DNA of 35,743 bases from positions 1 to 35,743 of the forward strand of contig JBDKTL010000026.1 in NCBI GenBank assembly GCA_039698055.1, written 5' to 3'. Within the stretch, counting starts at the first letter, position 1; each line of letters opens with the position of its first letter. Position numbers and translations under genes: made by a program. Of this stretch, positions 20,178 to 30,290 are shown piece after piece. This DNA comes from Methanoregula sp. (GTDB lineage Archaea; Halobacteriota; Methanomicrobia; Methanomicrobiales; Methanospirillaceae). Below the pieces are notes generated by a model. That model ran no database searches, was not told the origin of the DNA, and saw only the letters and a program-made list of their open reading frames with translations.

Positions 20178-21155
20178 ATGAAAAATACGGTGAAATGCGG
20201 ACTCATTCTTGGATTGATTCTTGTTGTGGGGGTGTTTTTTGCGGGCTGTTCCGACCAGTCCTCGTCAGGCACCTACACTCCCGTTCCGACAATAACCACG
20301 CCAACGGTACTTTACACAGCCGGCGATATCGCTGCAAAAACCGCTTCACAATCCCCCTACTGGCTCATCATTTCCTATGATAAGACAACTGACCTGTATT
20401 CACGGGCGCAGATCTACAAGAATACCGACGGATCATGGGGGCACCGCAATGACGCTGTCACCTACACTCTCGATCGCGCATCCATGGAAAAACTCTATCC
20501 AGTCAAGGTTTCCCATGTCGTTCTCACATCAGTGCCGATTGTGACTCCCACGGCCGCAACGCCAGTTCCCACAACATACTCAGGCACCGGGCCACGGATA
20601 ACCAAGGTCTCTCCCACGTCAGCCGGGAAGGACACGCTTGTCAGCCTGACTATCACGGGAACAAATTTCCTGTCCGGTGCCACGGTCAGCGTGGTCCAGC
20701 CCGGATTCCCGACGATCCAGGCAACGGGCGTATCGGTTACATCGTCATCGCAGATCACCTGCATGGCCAACCTGAATGGCCTGGATGCCGGATCTGCGTC
20801 CATACGGGTGACCAACCCTGACGGACGGTATGACTCTCTCGACAACGTATTCCTCATTGGGGCCGTCGCTCCGGGCATTTCTACCGTCAGCCCGATCACC
20901 GGCGCACTTGGACAGACGATATCCCTTGCTATCACCGGCACAAACTTTGAAGATGCGGTACAGGTAACGCTCACGACCGGGACAACGCAAATCACGTGTG
21001 CGAACACCCAGGTTACTCCCCCGACAAGCGTCCTGTGCACCCTGACCATCCCATCAACTGCCATGATCGGGAGCTACAACGTGGCGGTGCGCAACATCGA
21101 CTCCGGAAAATCAGGAACCTGGAGCAGCACGTTTTCCATTACCAATTCAACATAA
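20178..21155 (+). CDS. Secreted/lipid-anchored IPT/TIG-domain protein
   Basis: Lipobox-like FFAGC; P/T-rich linkers; two IPT/TIG repeats (ITKVSPTS...TITGTNF; STVSPITG...ITGTNF). Confidence 0.82.
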   Translation: MKNTVKCGLILGLILVVGVFFAGCSDQSSSGTYTPVPTITTPTVLYTAGDIAAKTASQSPYWLIISYDKTTDLYSRAQIYKNTDGSWGHRNDAVTYTLDRASMEKLYPVKVSHVVLTSVPIVTPTAATPVPTTYSGTGPRITKVSPTSAGKDTLVSLTITGTNFLSGATVSVVQPGFPTIQATGVSVTSSSQITCMANLNGLDAGSASIRVTNPDGRYDSLDNVFLIGAVAPGISTVSPITGALGQTISLAITGTNFEDAVQVTLTTGTTQITCANTQVTPPTSVLCTLTIPSTAMIGSYNVAVRNIDSGKSGTWSSTFSITNST

Positions 21156-21358
21156 AAAATCCACTATCCTTTTTTTGCCACAAAAAAAGTCCGGTATCGC
21201 TGTTATCCGAACAGTACCTCACAATATCGCATATCTGACAGGATACGCCCCACCCGGGCCTGGCATGACCGGGATCTTTTTTTTTAACCGTATCATGTGA
21301 TTTTAACATCCAACAACCCTATATGTCCGCCTGCCCCACAGAGTATTTGTGAACGGTA

Positions 21359-21862
21359 ATGGCAGAACATAACCTGACCCGATTCTGTGCCGCCTTTGCG
21401 ATCTGCCTCCTGGCAGGGTACGCGGACCTTTACTTTTTTACCACGTCGATCCCCGAATGGTACTCAACCCTGGCTGTACCGGCATTTGTCCCCCCGGCAC
21501 TAGACATTTTCTACGGGATTATTGTGATGGCGTTCCTGCTCGCGTTCTCCCTTTACTTTATCCTGAAACAGGATCTGAAGAAAAATGATATCCGGATGAG
21601 TCTTATCCTGTTCATCTTCGGGCTGGCGCTTAATGTGCTCTGGTTTATTACGTTCTTTTATTTCCGCTCGGCATTTATGGCACTGATGATCATGATCATG
21701 GTGCTCACCGTCCTTGCCTGCCTGATCTACCAGACACTGCGCACAGTGGTTATCTCATCGGTGTTCCTGGTACCGTATCTTATCATCATGCTGATTGCCG
21801 CATACGCAGACCTGCAGATTGTCCTCTTGAACCCAAACCTGCCGGTCTGGGGTAATTTCTAA
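21359..21862 (+). CDS. TspO/MBR-family membrane protein
   Basis: SIPEWYSTLAVPAFVPP, LALNVLWFITFF, FLVPYL; five TM helices. Confidence 0.85.
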   Translation: MAEHNLTRFCAAFAICLLAGYADLYFFTTSIPEWYSTLAVPAFVPPALDIFYGIIVMAFLLAFSLYFILKQDLKKNDIRMSLILFIFGLALNVLWFITFFYFRSAFMALMIMIMVLTVLACLIYQTLRTVVISSVFLVPYLIIMLIAAYADLQIVLLNPNLPVWGNF

Positions 21863-21943
21863 AAAACCCCATATTTTCCTCCCACAACGGCGCATCCTTT
21901 TTATTTTCAGACAGTGACGATGACGTACAAGGTTTTTGTGTCC

Positions 21944-23209
21944 ATGTCCATAAAGAGAATCAGTGCAACAAATTTCAAGAGTTTTGCCGCGCTCGATGTA
22001 AACCTGCCACGGTTTTCGATTGTGATCGGATCAAACGCGGCAGGAAAATCAAATTTTATCAACCTGTTCAGGTTTTTGCGCGATATCTCCCGGCACGGTC
22101 TTGTCAACGCAATCGCGCTCCAGGGAGGCGCGGATTATCTCCGGAATGCAACGATTGGCGACTCCCGTAATCTCGAGGTCCGGGTGGTGTTCGAGCCTGA
22201 ATCCCGTCTCGATGTCCTGGAACAGCGGCCGGGCGATACGATGGCTCTTGGCATCCGCTCCTGCGAATCAACCTATGAGTTTGCCCTGCGGTTTGGCCCG
22301 ACGGACGGCAACCCGGAGATCGCAAAAGACATCCTTGTTATTGGATTTGATATCTCTACATGCGGGCCCCATGCGACCGGATTTGTCGAGAAAGATCTCA
22401 TCGGGCGCGGGCATATCAAGGTGTGCAACGTGAACGGGGAACTGCACTACCACCTCGATATCCCACAAGGCTGTTCGCTAAAAAAAGAGGATATCATCCC
22501 GCTGTTTTACCGGAAAAAACAGCTCCCACAACAGACCCTGCTCATTGAAACGCCCTATGCGTATCCGCTGCCGCACGTCGAAAAATTTTTTGACCGGATT
22601 GCGATCTACGATATCAACCCGAAACTCCCTAAAAAAGGCGTGCAGGTCACAGGAAAAACAGCGCTTGATGAGGATGGGGGCAACCTCGCGCTTGCCGTAA
22701 AAAAAATACTTGACGACCCGGAAAAGAAAAGGAAGTTCTCCAACCTGTTAAAAGATACCCTTCCTTTTGTCGAGGATTTTTCCGTAAAAAAGTTCATGGA
22801 CGTATCCCTGATGATGACCCTGAGGGAGCGGTATGCAAAGAGCCTTGACCTGCCCGCGTCGTCACTCTCCGATGGTACGATCACGATCTTTGCCCTGATA
22901 ATCGTGCTCTATTTTGAAGAACGCCCGTTTATCATCATCGAAGAACCGGCCAGCCACATCCATCCGTTCCTTGTCTCAAGGGTCATTGCCATGATGCAGG
23001 AATCTTCCCGCCGCGAACAGGTGATGATTACCACCCACAGCACGGAAGTTGTCAAGCATGCGTGCCTCGATGATATCCTGCTCATTTCCCGGGACAGCGA
23101 GGGATATTCGGTCATATCCCGTCCTGCGGATAAGGAGGAAGTAAAAACGTTCCTTGAAAATGAGATCGGTATTGACGACCTCTACGTGCAGAACCTGCTG
23201 GGATTGTAG
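21944..23209 (+). CDS. ABC-type ATPase (AAA_21/AAA_15-like)
   Basis: IKRISATNFKSF, Walker A GSNAAGKS, signature SLSDGT, Walker B IIIEEP, H-loop ITTHS. ATG 21944 preferred. Confidence 0.88.
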   Translation: MSIKRISATNFKSFAALDVNLPRFSIVIGSNAAGKSNFINLFRFLRDISRHGLVNAIALQGGADYLRNATIGDSRNLEVRVVFEPESRLDVLEQRPGDTMALGIRSCESTYEFALRFGPTDGNPEIAKDILVIGFDISTCGPHATGFVEKDLIGRGHIKVCNVNGELHYHLDIPQGCSLKKEDIIPLFYRKKQLPQQTLLIETPYAYPLPHVEKFFDRIAIYDINPKLPKKGVQVTGKTALDEDGGNLALAVKKILDDPEKKRKFSNLLKDTLPFVEDFSVKKFMDVSLMMTLRERYAKSLDLPASSLSDGTITIFALIIVLYFEERPFIIIEEPASHIHPFLVSRVIAMMQESSRREQVMITTHSTEVVKHACLDDILLISRDSEGYSVISRPADKEEVKTFLENEIGIDDLYVQNLLGL

Positions 23210-23211
23210 GC

Positions 23212-23778
23212 ATGAAAAAACGGCTGTTTATTCTTGTGGAAGGAGGCGACGATGTCCGTTTCTTTGGCCGGATCATAAAACCGCTCTTTGTTGCCCGGTA
23301 CGATTCTGTGGATATCATCCCCTATGCCTGTATCAAACGGGAGAAAGTGAATAAATTTTTAAAAAGCGTGCACCAGATGCACAACGACTATATTTTTGTC
23401 GCCGACATTGATCAGGAACACTCGGTCCGCGACAAAAAACAGATCCTGTACTGCCGGTTCAACCATATCGATGGCGGCAGCATTGTTATCGTGATAAAAG
23501 AGATCGAGAGCTGGTATCTTGCCGGGCTGACCGGGGAATCGTCTGGCGCCCTTCATATCCCCGCCCCTGCATCTACCGATGATATCACCAAGGAAATTTT
23601 CAACGATCTCATCCCTGGGCAGTTTGATTCGCGCATCGATTTCATGTTCGAGATTCTCAAGAATTTCTCACCCGGGACTGCTGCGACAAAAAACAGGTCA
23701 TTCCGGTTTTTTATCGACCGGTATCATCTCCTGGAATGGGTTCCCCCGCTGCCTGCCAAAGAAAAACCCGTTGTCTAA
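23212..23778 (+). CDS. TOPRIM-like partner protein (DUF4276/DUF4435-like)
   Basis: LFILVEGGDD, IFVADID (DxD), KEIESWYLAG; starts 2 bp after the ATPase stop. Confidence 0.7.
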   Translation: MKKRLFILVEGGDDVRFFGRIIKPLFVARYDSVDIIPYACIKREKVNKFLKSVHQMHNDYIFVADIDQEHSVRDKKQILYCRFNHIDGGSIVIVIKEIESWYLAGLTGESSGALHIPAPASTDDITKEIFNDLIPGQFDSRIDFMFEILKNFSPGTAATKNRSFRFFIDRYHLLEWVPPLPAKEKPVV

Positions 23779-23852
23779 TCATTTGAGGGAAATTATTAAT
23801 CAATCATCGAGCGCTACACTCTACCAACCGAAAAATGGGAGTGATGATTTCA

Positions 23853-24011
23853 ATGGACCGTTACGTATGCCAGATCTGCGGGCATGTATATAATCCCGAT
23901 AAAGGCGAACCGCTTCTGAACCTTAAGCCGGGCGTAGACTTCACTGCGCTGCCTGCTGATTTTGTGTGTTCCGTATGCGGTGCAGGCAAAGAAAAGTTCA
24001 GGAAGGAGTGA
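23853..24011 (+). CDS. Rubredoxin (52 aa)
   Basis: Manual translation MDRYVCQICGHVYNPDKGEPLLNLKPGVDFTALPADFVCSVCGAGKEKFRKE; two CxxCG knuckles; GGAGTGA RBS. Not in the ORF track. Confidence 0.93.
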   Translation: MDRYVCQICGHVYNPDKGEPLLNLKPGVDFTALPADFVCSVCGAGKEKFRKE

Positions 24012-24023
24012 GGCGGTGCCAGC

Positions 24024-25208
24024 ATGGTTTCACGGGAAATTGCACCGGGTGTCTTCTGGGTCGGCGCCCTTGATTTTGACCGGCGGCTTTTTGACGAACT
24101 GATCCCTCTTCCCGAGGGTACAAGTTACAATTCGTACCTTATTTGCGGCAGCGAAAAGACTGCACTGATCGATACGGTCGATCCGACAAAAGAGTTCGAA
24201 CTGGTTTCAAATATTGTCAAACTGGGTGTTGAGCGGATCGATTACGTCGTTGTCAACCATGCCGAACAGGACCACTCCGGTTCCCTGCCGATGATCCTTG
24301 AGTTCTTCCCGGATGCGGTCGTCGTGACAAACGAGAAGTGCCGGGACCTTCTGGACGCCCTGCTCCATATCCCGACCGAGCGTTTCCGGATTATCAAGGA
24401 GGGAGACACCCTCTCGCTTGGGAATCGGACACTTGAATTTTTTATTACGCCGTGGACACACTGGCCCGAGACCCAGATTACGTACCTCAAAGAAGACAAG
24501 ATCCTTTTCTCCTGCGATCTTTTCGGGTTCCACATGGCGACAACCGACCTGTTCATCACCGATGAAGCCGCCGCGTACCGTTCGGCGAAGCGGTATTATG
24601 CCGAGATCATGATGCCCTTCCGCAGCAGTATACGGGGCTACGTCGAAAAGGTCAAAGCGTTTGGTCCGGCAATGATTGCCCCCAGCCATGGCCCCATGAA
24701 CAAGAACCCACCCTTCATTCTTGATGCCTACGCTGAATGGGTGTCAGACACCGTTAAAAACGAAGTTGTCATCCCGTACGTCTCGATGCATGGCAGCACC
24801 CAGAAGATGGTAGACTACCTGACAAGCGCCCTGATTGAGCGGGGGATCACGGTAAAACCGTTTAACCTGACAAAAACCGATATCGGCGAGCTGGCGATGG
24901 CGCTTGTCGACCCGGCAACGATTGTGATCGCCACGCCGACCGTGCTCTTTGGCCCGCACCCGCAGGTGGTCTCTGCCACGTACCTGGCAAACGTGCTCAA
25001 ACCCAAAGTCCGGTTTGCGACGGTGATCGGATCGTATGGCTGGGGCGGAAAAGCGGTCGATACGATCACAAAAATGCTCGACCATGTAAAAGTCGAGCTG
25101 TTCGAACCGGTGATGACCAAAGGGTTACCCGATGAATCCGCCATGAAAGCGCTTGACCGTCTGGCAGACGATATCTTAAAGAAACATAAGGAGATTAATA
25201 TCGTATAA
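24024..25208 (+). CDS. fprA: Flavodiiron protein FprA (A-type flavoprotein)
   Basis: GTSYNSYLI, NHAEQDHSG, HWPET, SCDLFG, PSHG diiron ligands; flavodoxin YVSMHGST and GSYGWGG. Confidence 0.93.
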   Translation: MVSREIAPGVFWVGALDFDRRLFDELIPLPEGTSYNSYLICGSEKTALIDTVDPTKEFELVSNIVKLGVERIDYVVVNHAEQDHSGSLPMILEFFPDAVVVTNEKCRDLLDALLHIPTERFRIIKEGDTLSLGNRTLEFFITPWTHWPETQITYLKEDKILFSCDLFGFHMATTDLFITDEAAAYRSAKRYYAEIMMPFRSSIRGYVEKVKAFGPAMIAPSHGPMNKNPPFILDAYAEWVSDTVKNEVVIPYVSMHGSTQKMVDYLTSALIERGITVKPFNLTKTDIGELAMALVDPATIVIATPTVLFGPHPQVVSATYLANVLKPKVRFATVIGSYGWGGKAVDTITKMLDHVKVELFEPVMTKGLPDESAMKALDRLADDILKKHKEINIV

Positions 25209-25224
25209 TTAAAGGAGCGGAAAT

Positions 25225-25605
25225 ATGACAAAAATGTTTGAAGTCTATAAGTGTGATGTCTGCGGGAATGTTGTAAAGGTAGTCCATGCATCGGGCGGGA
25301 ACCTTGTCTGCTGTGGGCAGCCGATGGTGCTCATGCAGGAAAAGACTGCAGACCAGGGAAAAGAAAAGCATGTGCCGGTCGTTGAAAAGACGGCAAAAGG
25401 AATTATTGTTAAGATCGGCTCCATCCCCCACCCGATGGAGGAGAAGCACTATATCGAGTGGGTGGAAGTCCGATCCGGCGAGAACGTTTACATCAAAGGC
25501 TTCAGGCCCGGCGAAAAGCCCGAGGCAGAATTCTGTATTTCCGATGCCGGTGTAAAGGCCCGGATTTTCTGCAATGTCCATGGCCTGTGGACAAACAAGG
25601 CATAA
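25225..25605 (+). CDS. dfx: Desulfoferrodoxin (2Fe superoxide reductase)
   Basis: CDVCGN...CCGQPM centre I; EKHVP, HPMEEKHYI, CNVHGLW centre II. Confidence 0.95.
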   Translation: MTKMFEVYKCDVCGNVVKVVHASGGNLVCCGQPMVLMQEKTADQGKEKHVPVVEKTAKGIIVKIGSIPHPMEEKHYIEWVEVRSGENVYIKGFRPGEKPEAEFCISDAGVKARIFCNVHGLWTNKA

Positions 25606-25677
25606 CCGGCAAAAATCCCTCTTTTTTCATCGGTTGTGTAAAGCAAACACTAATAGAGCCCAAACGGTAACCACCTA

Positions 25678-27138
25678 GTGATGCACCGGCTCGGATATCT
25701 CTCCACGATCGCTGCCGATCTGGGGGAAATTTTCACCTTTATTGCGCCTGTCACCTGCCTTCCGCTGGTTGTTGCGCTGATCTACGGGGAATGGCGCATG
25801 CTCATGCCGATGGCATCCGTGCCGCTCGTGTTTTTTATCCTTGGCCACCTCTTGAAAAATCTCCCGAAAAATGAGCGTGAATCGCGACTGTCCACTGCCA
25901 TGTGTTCGGTAGCTCTCTTCTGGTTTGCAAGCGCGATGGTGAGCGGGCTGCCGTTCATGCTCGGGCTCAACATGAGTTTTACCGACGCCCTGTTTGAAGG
26001 CATGGCGGGGTGGACGGGCACCGCGTTTTCGATGATGCAGTCGCTTGACACCGCACCGCACACCCTCCTGTTCTGGCGGTCCTTTATGCAGTGGATCGGC
26101 GGTATCGGGATCATCGCCTTTGTCATCGCGATGGCAAGCAGCACCGGCCTTTTCCGATCAAAGATGCTCCGCGCCGAGGGCAGGGAAGAACCGCTCATGC
26201 CAAGCATCATCGCAACCGGCCGGGGGATCTGGAAAATTTACGGTCTTTTGACGTTCATCGCGATAAGCCTGATCCTGTTCACCGGGCTTTCGCTCTGGGA
26301 ATCGGTAAACCTTGGGTTATCCACCATATCCACCGGCGGGTTTACCCTTCATGCCGGAGGGATCTCATTTTACCACAATATCTTCCTTGAACTCCTCCTT
26401 ATCCCCATCATGATCGCCGGGGCACTGCCGTTCAAACTCTATTACCTGATAAAAGAGAACCGGCGCTTCAGCCTGTTTGGCGACGAACAGGTCAAACTGT
26501 TCTTGTTTTTTTCGATCATCGGTACCGCAATCCTTGCCTACGATCTGGTGTTCTTTAACGATCTCGACCTTCTGGTTGCCGTGGAACAGGGCCTGTTTAT
26601 GACGATCTCTGCCCTGACCACCACCGGGTTCCAGATCACCAACCTGCATGGCTGGGCAAGTGTGACCCTCCTCTTCCTGACGATGTTTGTCTTCATTGGC
26701 GGGGCAACCGGGAGTACTGCCGGGGGGATCAAGCTCAACCGGATCGCACTTGCCTACCGTGCACTTGTCTGGTGGTTCCGCCGCATCTTTGTGAGCGGGA
26801 AAATCCTGCTCCCCTTTAAGATCGAAGGGCGGACCATTCCCCGTGCGACTGCAGAGCTGGAAACGGCAAAGAATATGCTCGTGATTGTCCTGTCGGTCGT
26901 GATTATCTTTATCGCGACGCTGGTCATCCTCCAGTTCCACCTGACGACGTACACCATCACCGAGATCCTGTTCGAGGTGGTGTCTGCATTCTCGACATGC
27001 GGGATCAACGTGGGGTATGTTACCCCCGATATGCCCATTATCTCAAAATGGACATTTATCCTGGTGATGTGGGTGGGCCGGCTTGAAGTGATCCCGGTGA
27101 TTATGCTCTTCCACGCCCTGCTCAAAGGGCCTGATTAA
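25678..27138 (+). CDS. trkH: TrkH-family potassium uptake protein
   Basis: Four pore-loop motifs (AGWTGTA, STGGF, TTTGF, STCG); WRSFMQWIGG, GSTAGGIK, MWVGRLE. Confidence 0.92.
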   Translation: MMHRLGYLSTIAADLGEIFTFIAPVTCLPLVVALIYGEWRMLMPMASVPLVFFILGHLLKNLPKNERESRLSTAMCSVALFWFASAMVSGLPFMLGLNMSFTDALFEGMAGWTGTAFSMMQSLDTAPHTLLFWRSFMQWIGGIGIIAFVIAMASSTGLFRSKMLRAEGREEPLMPSIIATGRGIWKIYGLLTFIAISLILFTGLSLWESVNLGLSTISTGGFTLHAGGISFYHNIFLELLLIPIMIAGALPFKLYYLIKENRRFSLFGDEQVKLFLFFSIIGTAILAYDLVFFNDLDLLVAVEQGLFMTISALTTTGFQITNLHGWASVTLLFLTMFVFIGGATGSTAGGIKLNRIALAYRALVWWFRRIFVSGKILLPFKIEGRTIPRATAELETAKNMLVIVLSVVIIFIATLVILQFHLTTYTITEILFEVVSAFSTCGINVGYVTPDMPIISKWTFILVMWVGRLEVIPVIMLFHALLKGPD

Positions 27139-27232
27139 CCTCTTTTTGTCTTTTGCGGTGCAACAATAACGCAATTTTACTTTTCTTAACATCAGGAGAT
27201 CTAATATAAATTGCCGGCGTACCAGTACGGTA

Positions 27233-28045
27233 ATGAAACAGATTGCCCTGTACGGGAAAGGCGGTATCGGGAAATCCACAACGTCTGCAAATCTCTCTGC
27301 AGCGCTTTCCCGGCAGGGGCTGGATGTCCTCCAGATCGGCTGCGATCCCAAGCGGGACAGCACCCGGATGCTGATGCAGGGCCGGTTTATCCCGACCGTG
27401 ATGGATCTCGTACGGGTCCGGGGGGAAAAGGCGATCTCCCTTTCCGACGTGGAGTATACCGGTTACAACGGGGTGCGCTGTGTCGAAGCCGGGGGTCCTG
27501 AACCTGGTGTCGGCTGTGCCGGGCGGGGGATCATCGCGACGTTCCAGATCCTCGAAAAGTTCGGGGCGCTCAAAGGCGACGTGATCGTCTACGATGTGCT
27601 GGGGGACGTCGTCTGCGGCGGGTTTGCGATGCCGATGCGGGAGGGTTACGCGCAGGATGTTTACCTCGTCACCTCTGGCGAACTCATGTCCCTTTATGCA
27701 GCAAACAACATCTGCAAGGCGATCCAGCGCCTGTCGTCGCGGGCAAAGAGCAAATGCCGTCTTGCCGGCGTGATCTGCAATGCCAAGAACCAGCCCCGGG
27801 AAGAGGAGCTGGTCGCGGAGTTTGCAAAGAAAGTGAACAGCTCGCTTATCCAGTTCATCCCCCGCGATCGCGTCGTGCAGCTGGCGGAACTGAACCGGAA
27901 GACCGTGATCGAGTACGATCCGGGCTCCCCGCAGGCAGAATGCTACCGGGAGCTGGCCCGGCGTGTCATGGAGAACACCCGGTTAACGATCCCCACCCCT
28001 CTTGAGATCGATGATCTTGAATCCCTCGCCGTTGGATACCTGTAG
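27233..28045 (+). CDS. nifH: NifH-like ATP-dependent Fe protein (nitrogenase-like paralog, probably group IV)
   Basis: [43 protein letters not shown] with both [4Fe-4S] Cys. Confidence 0.9.
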   Translation: MKQIALYGKGGIGKSTTSANLSAALSRQGLDVLQIGCDPKRDSTRMLMQGRFIPTVMDLVRVRGEKAISLSDVEYTGYNGVRCVEAGGPEPGVGCAGRGIIATFQILEKFGALKGDVIVYDVLGDVVCGGFAMPMREGYAQDVYLVTSGELMSLYAANNICKAIQRLSSRAKSKCRLAGVICNAKNQPREEELVAEFAKKVNSSLIQFIPRDRVVQLAELNRKTVIEYDPGSPQAECYRELARRVMENTRLTIPTPLEIDDLESLAVGYL

Positions 28046-29051
28046 GTATGAAGGCTGCACCCTCACCGGTGCCCTGTCCGTGACAACCCATGTCCGCGAT
28101 GCAGTGACGGTCGTCCATGGCCCAAAAGGCTGCACCCACCATAATTTTTCCCTGCTGCATGCAACGAGCCTCGATAACGACCGGGTCGTTGTCCCAAATA
28201 TTGTCTCGTCAAACCTTCTGGACACCGATATCGTGTTTGGCGGGGAACCGGCACTTGAAATGACACTTGATGCAGTGTCAAAAAAAAATCCTTCCGCCAT
28301 TTTTGTGCTGTCGACCTGCATTGTTGAAACCATCGGCGACGATGTGGCGATGGTATGCGGTGCAGACCGGAGCGTACCGGTCATACCGGTTCCAACGGCG
28401 GGCTTTCTTGGCGGAACCTTCCAGAATGGGGTGAACAATGCCCTGATTGCGCTTGCCGGCATGGCACCGCCCTGCACGAAAAACCGGGGCGTGAATATCA
28501 TCGGCGAGAAAAACCTCGAGTATGAGGTGGACGAGAATTTTTCCGAAGTCCGCCGGCTGCTCGATGCGCTCGGCCTCGGCGTGAATACCCGGTTTGTGCA
28601 TGACTTTCAGGCAGGTGCAATCGCGGAACTTGGCGCCGCACAGGTCAACATCCTTCGGGACCCGGGGCTTATCCCGGTAGGGGAATATCTCCGCCAGCGG
28701 TTTGGCACACCCTACATTCCCTCATTTCCGGTGGGTATGGCCGCAACAATTGAATTCCTTACCACGACTGCCCTTGCATGCGGTGTGGACTGCCGCACAG
28801 CCGTGGCAGAGGAACAGGCGCTCCAGGACGTGACCCTTTCGGATTTTTCCGACCTGTCCGGGTCGTCGGTTTCCTGCGATCCTGCCGGGATGGACCCGGC
28901 AGCGGTGCTGGCGGTTCACGAGATGGCCGATGCGCTCCGTATGCATCTCGACCCGTCGGGGCATGCCCTTTGCCTGTCTGCCACGTCGCCGGTGGGAAGT
29001 GCCGGTGTCCGGCGAATGCTCCACCGCTGGAGGCGGGCGATCCATGCCTGA
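28011..29051 (+). CDS. Nitrogenase component-1-like subunit A (short NifD/NifE-like)
   Basis: [33 protein letters not shown]. Start uncertain (TTG 28002, ATG 28011 or TTG 28032), overlapping the nifH-like gene end. Confidence 0.85.
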   Translation: MILNPSPLDTCRYEGCTLTGALSVTTHVRDAVTVVHGPKGCTHHNFSLLHATSLDNDRVVVPNIVSSNLLDTDIVFGGEPALEMTLDAVSKKNPSAIFVLSTCIVETIGDDVAMVCGADRSVPVIPVPTAGFLGGTFQNGVNNALIALAGMAPPCTKNRGVNIIGEKNLEYEVDENFSEVRRLLDALGLGVNTRFVHDFQAGAIAELGAAQVNILRDPGLIPVGEYLRQRFGTPYIPSFPVGMAATIEFLTTTALACGVDCRTAVAEEQALQDVTLSDFSDLSGSSVSCDPAGMDPAAVLAVHEMADALRMHLDPSGHALCLSATSPVGSAGVRRMLHRWRRAIHA

Positions 29052-30192
29052 GTGCGAAAATCCCCTCTGGCCGTGTGCGATGACGGGTGCGGCGGCGTGC
29101 CTTGCCGGTTTCCGTGGCCTGAAGGTGGTTATCCACGGGTCAAGCGGGTGCTATTATTACCCGGCGACGCTCCTCCATGCCCCGCTCCACGGGACATTTA
29201 TCCTTGAGCACGAGGTAATTTTTGGTTCAGAAGAGCGGCTTAAAACGGTAATTGACGGGCTTGCCGGGAATGGCGACCGGATTGCGGTAATTACCACGTG
29301 TGTGCCATCCATTCTTGGCGAGGATATCAAATCCATGCTCTCGGATTATGACGTGATCCTTGTCGACAGCCCGGGATTTGCGGGCGATATTGAGGTGGGA
29401 TACAAGGCGGCATTATCCACGCTCGCATCAACGGTTGATCCTGACCGGCCGGGGATCAACATCGATGGCGCCAGCCTCTTTGATCCCTTCTCTGCCGGGA
29501 ACGTGCAGGAGGTGACCCGGATGCTCGCGAAGGCCTCGGTCCCGGTGGGAACCGTCTTTGCCGACGATGCACTTTCCCGGTGCTGGCATGCCACAAAGCA
29601 CACGATTGGGACAAACGAGGATTTCCCCAGCGGCGTGGGAACATATCTTGGCGGGACACTGGGGTTTGAAGCGCTCAAACCGACCCTGAACAGGATCGCG
29701 GCAGCCTGCGACACCGCAGACATCGATCCCGTACTGGCGGAGATCGGGCATGAACAGGAGCGGGTCATCCATGCCTGCGACAAGTACCTCCGCCGGTTTG
29801 ACCCGCCATCGGCGGCGATCTTTGCCGGGGCGTCGTACGCCCGGTTTGCCGCGGAGTCGCTTGCCCGCTACCTCGATGCCGATGTCCGCTTTGTCGGGAC
29901 CCGGAATGAACCTGCCGCATTTTCCTGCCCGTCCGGCCAGGTCACCGGGCTTGAACAGGTATCCCGCGAGATTGAACGGGCAGCCCCGGACCTCGTGATT
30001 GGGTCGTCGTTTGAGCGCTCCGTGAGCGGCGGCCGGGCGTTTGTCGGAATCATTCCTCCCCTGCGGGGCAGCGTCCGGCTCTCCTACCCGGCGCTTGCCG
30101 GGACCGGCGGCACCCTGTCATTTATCGAGAATGTCCTGAATGCATGCATGGACAGAAATCCGGCGCGGAAGCCGGCTCCTGCCGACCCCTGA
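29044..30192 (+). CDS. Nitrogenase component-1-like subunit B (short NifK/NifN-like)
   Basis: NPLWPCAMTGA, IHGSSGC, EVIFGSEERL, TTCVPSILGED, PDLVIGSSFE; ATG 29044 overlaps the previous stop. Confidence 0.85.
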   Translation: MPECENPLWPCAMTGAAACLAGFRGLKVVIHGSSGCYYYPATLLHAPLHGTFILEHEVIFGSEERLKTVIDGLAGNGDRIAVITTCVPSILGEDIKSMLSDYDVILVDSPGFAGDIEVGYKAALSTLASTVDPDRPGINIDGASLFDPFSAGNVQEVTRMLAKASVPVGTVFADDALSRCWHATKHTIGTNEDFPSGVGTYLGGTLGFEALKPTLNRIAAACDTADIDPVLAEIGHEQERVIHACDKYLRRFDPPSAAIFAGASYARFAAESLARYLDADVRFVGTRNEPAAFSCPSGQVTGLEQVSREIERAAPDLVIGSSFERSVSGGRAFVGIIPPLRGSVRLSYPALAGTGGTLSFIENVLNACMDRNPARKPAPADP

Positions 30193-30290
30193 TCCATTTT
30201 ACTCCCTATTTTCACTTTCACACCACGCGGACTTCGAGGATTATATACTCTCCAGAGTGACGCCATACTACGACAAAAAGGTGGTCGTGT

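Noticed and set aside
27233-30192. Functional Mo-nitrogenase nifHDK
   Set aside because: Subunits are too short, with no recognisable FeMo-co ligands, no nifI/E/N/B and no NrpR operator.
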